Positions 60,462 through 64,000 of a stretch of 64,000 nucleotides of DNA are shown here, piece after piece. The position numbers were made by a program, and so were the translations under genes. Numbering within the stretch: the stretch's first letter is position 1; each line of letters begins with the position of its first letter. The notes under the pieces were generated by a model. The model was given only the letters and a program-made list of their open reading frames with translations. It was not told where the DNA came from and made no database searches. This DNA is from the human T2T-CHM13v2.0 reference genome, Homo sapiens, in assembly GCF_009914755.1 (NCBI RefSeq), contig NC_060935.1. One strand, given 5' to 3'.

Positions 60462-61680
60462 GATCAATTAGAGCTTTGCCAGGTTAGCTCATATGTTCTT
60501 TCAACGAGCCTCCACCTCTTTTTGAACACATCTTAATCAGATTTATCTTGTATTTGTTCTGTCCCAGCCTTGTTATCTACTGTTTTTCCAATGAGCCCTG
60601 GTTTCTTTTATTAAAAAAAAAAAAAAAATGGCATTTATAAAGCAAGAACCAGGTACTAGATGCACTCTTTGGTACTGGAGTGCCATTGATTCTAGGCCCT
60701 CTCACTGGAAATAGCTAGAAAATATATGTATATATATTAAATCATACAAATATGTTCATTTATATGTCAAAACTGGAACAATCTCAGCCACAATATGCTG
60801 ACTGCATTGAATCATAACATAAATTATAAAAAACTATTCAAATCCAGGCTGATTTAATAAATAAGTAAATAAATAAATGGGGTAGAAAGGACAACACTTC
60901 TTTGCAGTTCAATTCCAATTAATAAATGTAGAAGAAAAGAGGAAAATAAAAAATAACAATTAGGTAAACACCACAGTAAGGACTGTGGCAGACAAGATCC
61001 ATGATGGATGATAAAATTAGTAAGCAAAGTTTGAGGAAAAACAGGGTGTGAATTGTCTCAAAGTATCTCACTTATAGTATTCATTAGTTATAAAGGAAAA
61101 GATAACTTTACGATGATGAAACCTAGCAAAACCACCTTTACCAAATGACTGAGGTCAATATTACTTGTAACATTATGAACCCAATGATAGGATGCACTGA
61201 GAAGAAATACAGCACCATTTCTGAAGTATTTTTGGCAAAATGCATACTCTCCATCTGCCAACTCATGAGCATACATCAGACAATCCTAAACTTAGGGACT
61301 TTTGACAAAAAAAAATGTGATTGATATTCCTTGAAAGTGTCAAGGATAATAAAGAAAAAACAAGGAAAGACTAAGGAACTGTTACAGACTGCAGGAGACT
61401 AAAAAGAAATAACTACTAAAAGTAATGTGGGATTCTGGATAGGAATTTGGGAGGGAAACAGAACATGACTGCAAAAACTAGTGAAATATGAATAAACTTT
61501 ATAATTTATTTAAAATTTTTATATAAGGTTAATTTCCTGGTCCTGATAAGTGTGCTAAACTTATGTAAGATATTAACATTAAGGGAAGTGGCATGAGAGA
61601 CAGATGGAAATTCCATATTTTTGTAACTTTTCTACAAAGCTGAAAGAAGTCCAAAATTAAAATGCTTAAAAATAAAAAAA
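60462..61680. mobile_element. L1MC4-like 3' end with an inverted 5' part (~60462-60760 on -, ~60766-61680 on +)
   Basis: Minus part: TTCTAGGCCCTCTCACTGG, GAGCCCTGGTTTCTTTTA. Plus part: TAATAAATGTAGAAG, GTCTCAAAGTATCTC, AATGTGGGATTCTGGAT and an A-rich end. Confidence 0.7.
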
Positions 61681-62252
61681 CAAATACTTTGATTTAAAAC
61701 ATTAAATATGACAGTATATATAAAGGATTAATGGGAATGCCAGACCTAATTGCACACAAAAAAGTTAGTGAGCAACATTATGATTATTTATTATTATCAT
61801 TATTATTAGCATCAGTATCACTAGCACAACAAGATACTATGAGGTACTAGATAGAATTTTTCTGTTTACCCGAATTGACAATTAAAGCCATAGCTGAGAA
61901 CAAAAGTGATCAGGATAGACTATTGTAAGTTCAAATCTGCTAGCTCTTGGGCTGACTACTTCACCTGTCTTTACTAGAAGCAGCATTCTAATTAAACCTA
62001 GCTGTCATCTAACTTCCCTCCCCCCAGTATTGCTAAAAAAATGAAATGAAATTTTAAGATAAATAAACTATAGAGAGAGAGCTCTTGTGTGAGAGGAGGA
62101 AGTTACTGATTTTGAATAATGCAATACCCATGAAGAAATTTTACCTCTTCTCCTCACATTCCAGCTGAAGAAGGTTGGGATCATGTGACTAGTTCTCCCT
62201 CTCAAAGCCAAAGAAATCACTTGTCAAATTTGAGAGTGCTCAGAAGGAAGGA

Positions 62253-62453
62253 TGTTATGGGTTAAATTGTGTTCCCGACAAAAGATATGTTGACATCCTA
62301 ACTTCTACTATCTCAGAACTTGATCTTATTTGCAAGTAAGTCATTGCAGATGTAATTAGTTAAATTAGATGAGATCACATGGAAGTAGGGTGGGCCCTAA
62401 ATTCAACATGTCCTTAAAAGGAAACAATGGTGAGTCACAGGAAAAATGCCATG
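62253..62453 (+). mobile_element. 5' part of an MLT1B/C LTR, interrupted by MLT2A1
   Basis: TGTTATGGGTTAAATTGTGTTCCC...AAAAGATATGTTGA...TTGCAGATGTAATTAGTTAA...GTAGGGTGGGCCCTAA. Confidence 0.8.
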
Positions 62454-62711
62454 TGTGATGGTTAATACTGAGCGTCAACTTGACTGGATTGAAGGATACG
62501 TAGTATTAATCCTGGGTGTGTCTGTGTGGGTGTTGCCAAAAGAGATTAACATTTGAGTCAGTGGGCTGGGGAAAGCAGATTCACCCTTAATCTGGTGGGC
62601 AAAATTTAATCAGTTTCCAGTGAATATAAAGCAGGCAGAAAAATGTGAAAGACAGAGACAGGCCTAGCCTCCCAGCCTACATTTTTCTCCCATGCTGGAT
62701 GCTTCTTCCAT
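62454..62711 (+). mobile_element. MLT2A1 (HERV-L LTR), 5' half only
   Basis: TGTGATGGTTAATACTGAG...GTGGGTGTTGCCAAAAGAGATTAACATTTGAGTCAGTGGGCTGGGG...GAATATAAAGCAGGCAGAAAAA...GCTGGATGCTTC. Confidence 0.88.
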
Positions 62712-64000
62712 GCTGGGCTTTGTTGGAAACTGAAGGTTGTTTGACTCTGGGTCATCAAGTCACCACGCGACCCAAACTGCCTATCATGAACTGGGTGCTT
62801 TCTGACCATCAGGCCATAAAGTGGGTCATGCACAGCTGCATTCCGTCATCAAATGGAAGTGGTATATACATGATTGGGCTTGAGCAGGTCCTGAAGACAC
62901 CAGTAAGTTACATGAGGAAGTGGCTCAAATGCCCATGGTCTCCACTCCTGCCACCCTGCCTTCTCTCCCCCAGCCTGCACTGATGGCCTCATGGGGAGTT
63001 CCCTATGGTCAGCTGAGAAGACTAGGGCCTGGTTCACAGATGTTTCTGCACGATATGCAGGCACCACTCGAAAGTGGACAGCTGCAGCACTACAGCCCCT
63101 TTCCAGGACATCTCTGAAGGACAGCAGTGAAGGGAAATCTTCCCAGTGGGCAGAACTTTAAGCAGTGCACCTGGTTGTGCACTTTGCATAGGAGGAGAAA
63201 TGGCCAGATGTGTGATTATATACTGATTCACGGGCTGTAGCCAATGGTTTGGCTGGATGGTCAGGGACTTGGAAGAAGCATGACTGGAAAACTGGTGACA
63301 AAGAAATTTGGGGAAGAGGTATGCAGATCAAACTCTGAGTGGTCAAAAACTGTGAAGATATTTGTATCCCATGTGAGTGCTCACCAACGGGTGACCTCAG
63401 CGGAAGAGTTTAATAATCAAGTGGATAGGATGACCGTTCTGTGGACACCACTCAGCCTCTTTCCCCAGCCACCCCTGTCATTGCCCAATGAGCCCATGAA
63501 CAAAGTGGCCATGGTGGCAGAGATGGAGGTTACGCGTGGGCTCAGCAACATGGACTTCCACTCACCAAGGCTGACCTGGCTACGGCCACTGCTGAGTGCC
63601 CAATTTGCCAGCAGCAAAGACCAACACTGAACCCTCGATATGGCACCATTCCTTGGGATGATCAGCCAGATACCTGGTGGCAGGTTGGTTACATTGGCCC
63701 TCTTCCATCATGGAAACGGCAGAGGTTTGTCCTCACTGGAATAGACACTTACTCCAGATATGGGTTTGCCTGCCTGCCATGTTTCTGCCAAGACAACCAT
63801 TCACGGACTCACGGAATGCCTTATCCACCATCATGGTATTGCACACAGCATTGGCTCTGACCAAGGCACTCACTTTATGGCTAAAGAAGTGTGGCAGTGG
63901 GCTCACGCTCATGGAATTCACTGGTCTTACCATGTTCTCCATCATCCTGAAGCAGCTAGATTGATAGAATGGTGGAATGGCCTTTGGAAGTCACAACTAC
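62712..64000 (+). mobile_element. HERV-L internal pol remnant (connection, RNase H, integrase), disrupted, running off the window
   Basis: Translates across frames to WFTDVSARYAGTTRKWTAAALQP, YTDSRAVANGLAGWSGTW, IFVSHVSAHQ, AECPICQQQRP, SDQGTHF and HHPEAARLIEWWNG. Confidence 0.9.

Overview
Primate (catarrhine or hominoid, human-like) AT-rich intergenic or deep-intronic DNA made mostly of interspersed repeats. I see no intact protein-coding gene, RNA gene or CRISPR array, and the long ORFs in the track are transposon remnants or chance frames. Main contents: a near-complete but heavily decayed HERV16-type (ERVL) provirus (~150-8246) carrying six nested insertions; two MaLR proviruses (THE1D, THE1A); solo LTRs (LTR1, LTR33, LTR12, MER21, MLT1/MLT2/MST/THE1); DNA-transposon fossils (MER58A, MER47A, piggyBac Looper); eight Alus; a nested L1MC3 > L1MA > THE1A > Alu stack; a full-length dead L1PA5; and an MLT2A1 LTR fused by deletion to HERV-L RNase H/integrase at the right edge. 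The most notable observation is that the full-length L1PA5 and a nearby inverted L1PA5 3' fragment share several apparently non-consensus substitutions, suggesting gene conversion, inversion toggling or a common source element. I found no evidence of a new biological system. Subfamily names come from recalled consensus sequences and need Dfam/RepeatMasker confirmation; boundaries without a stated TSD are approximate.
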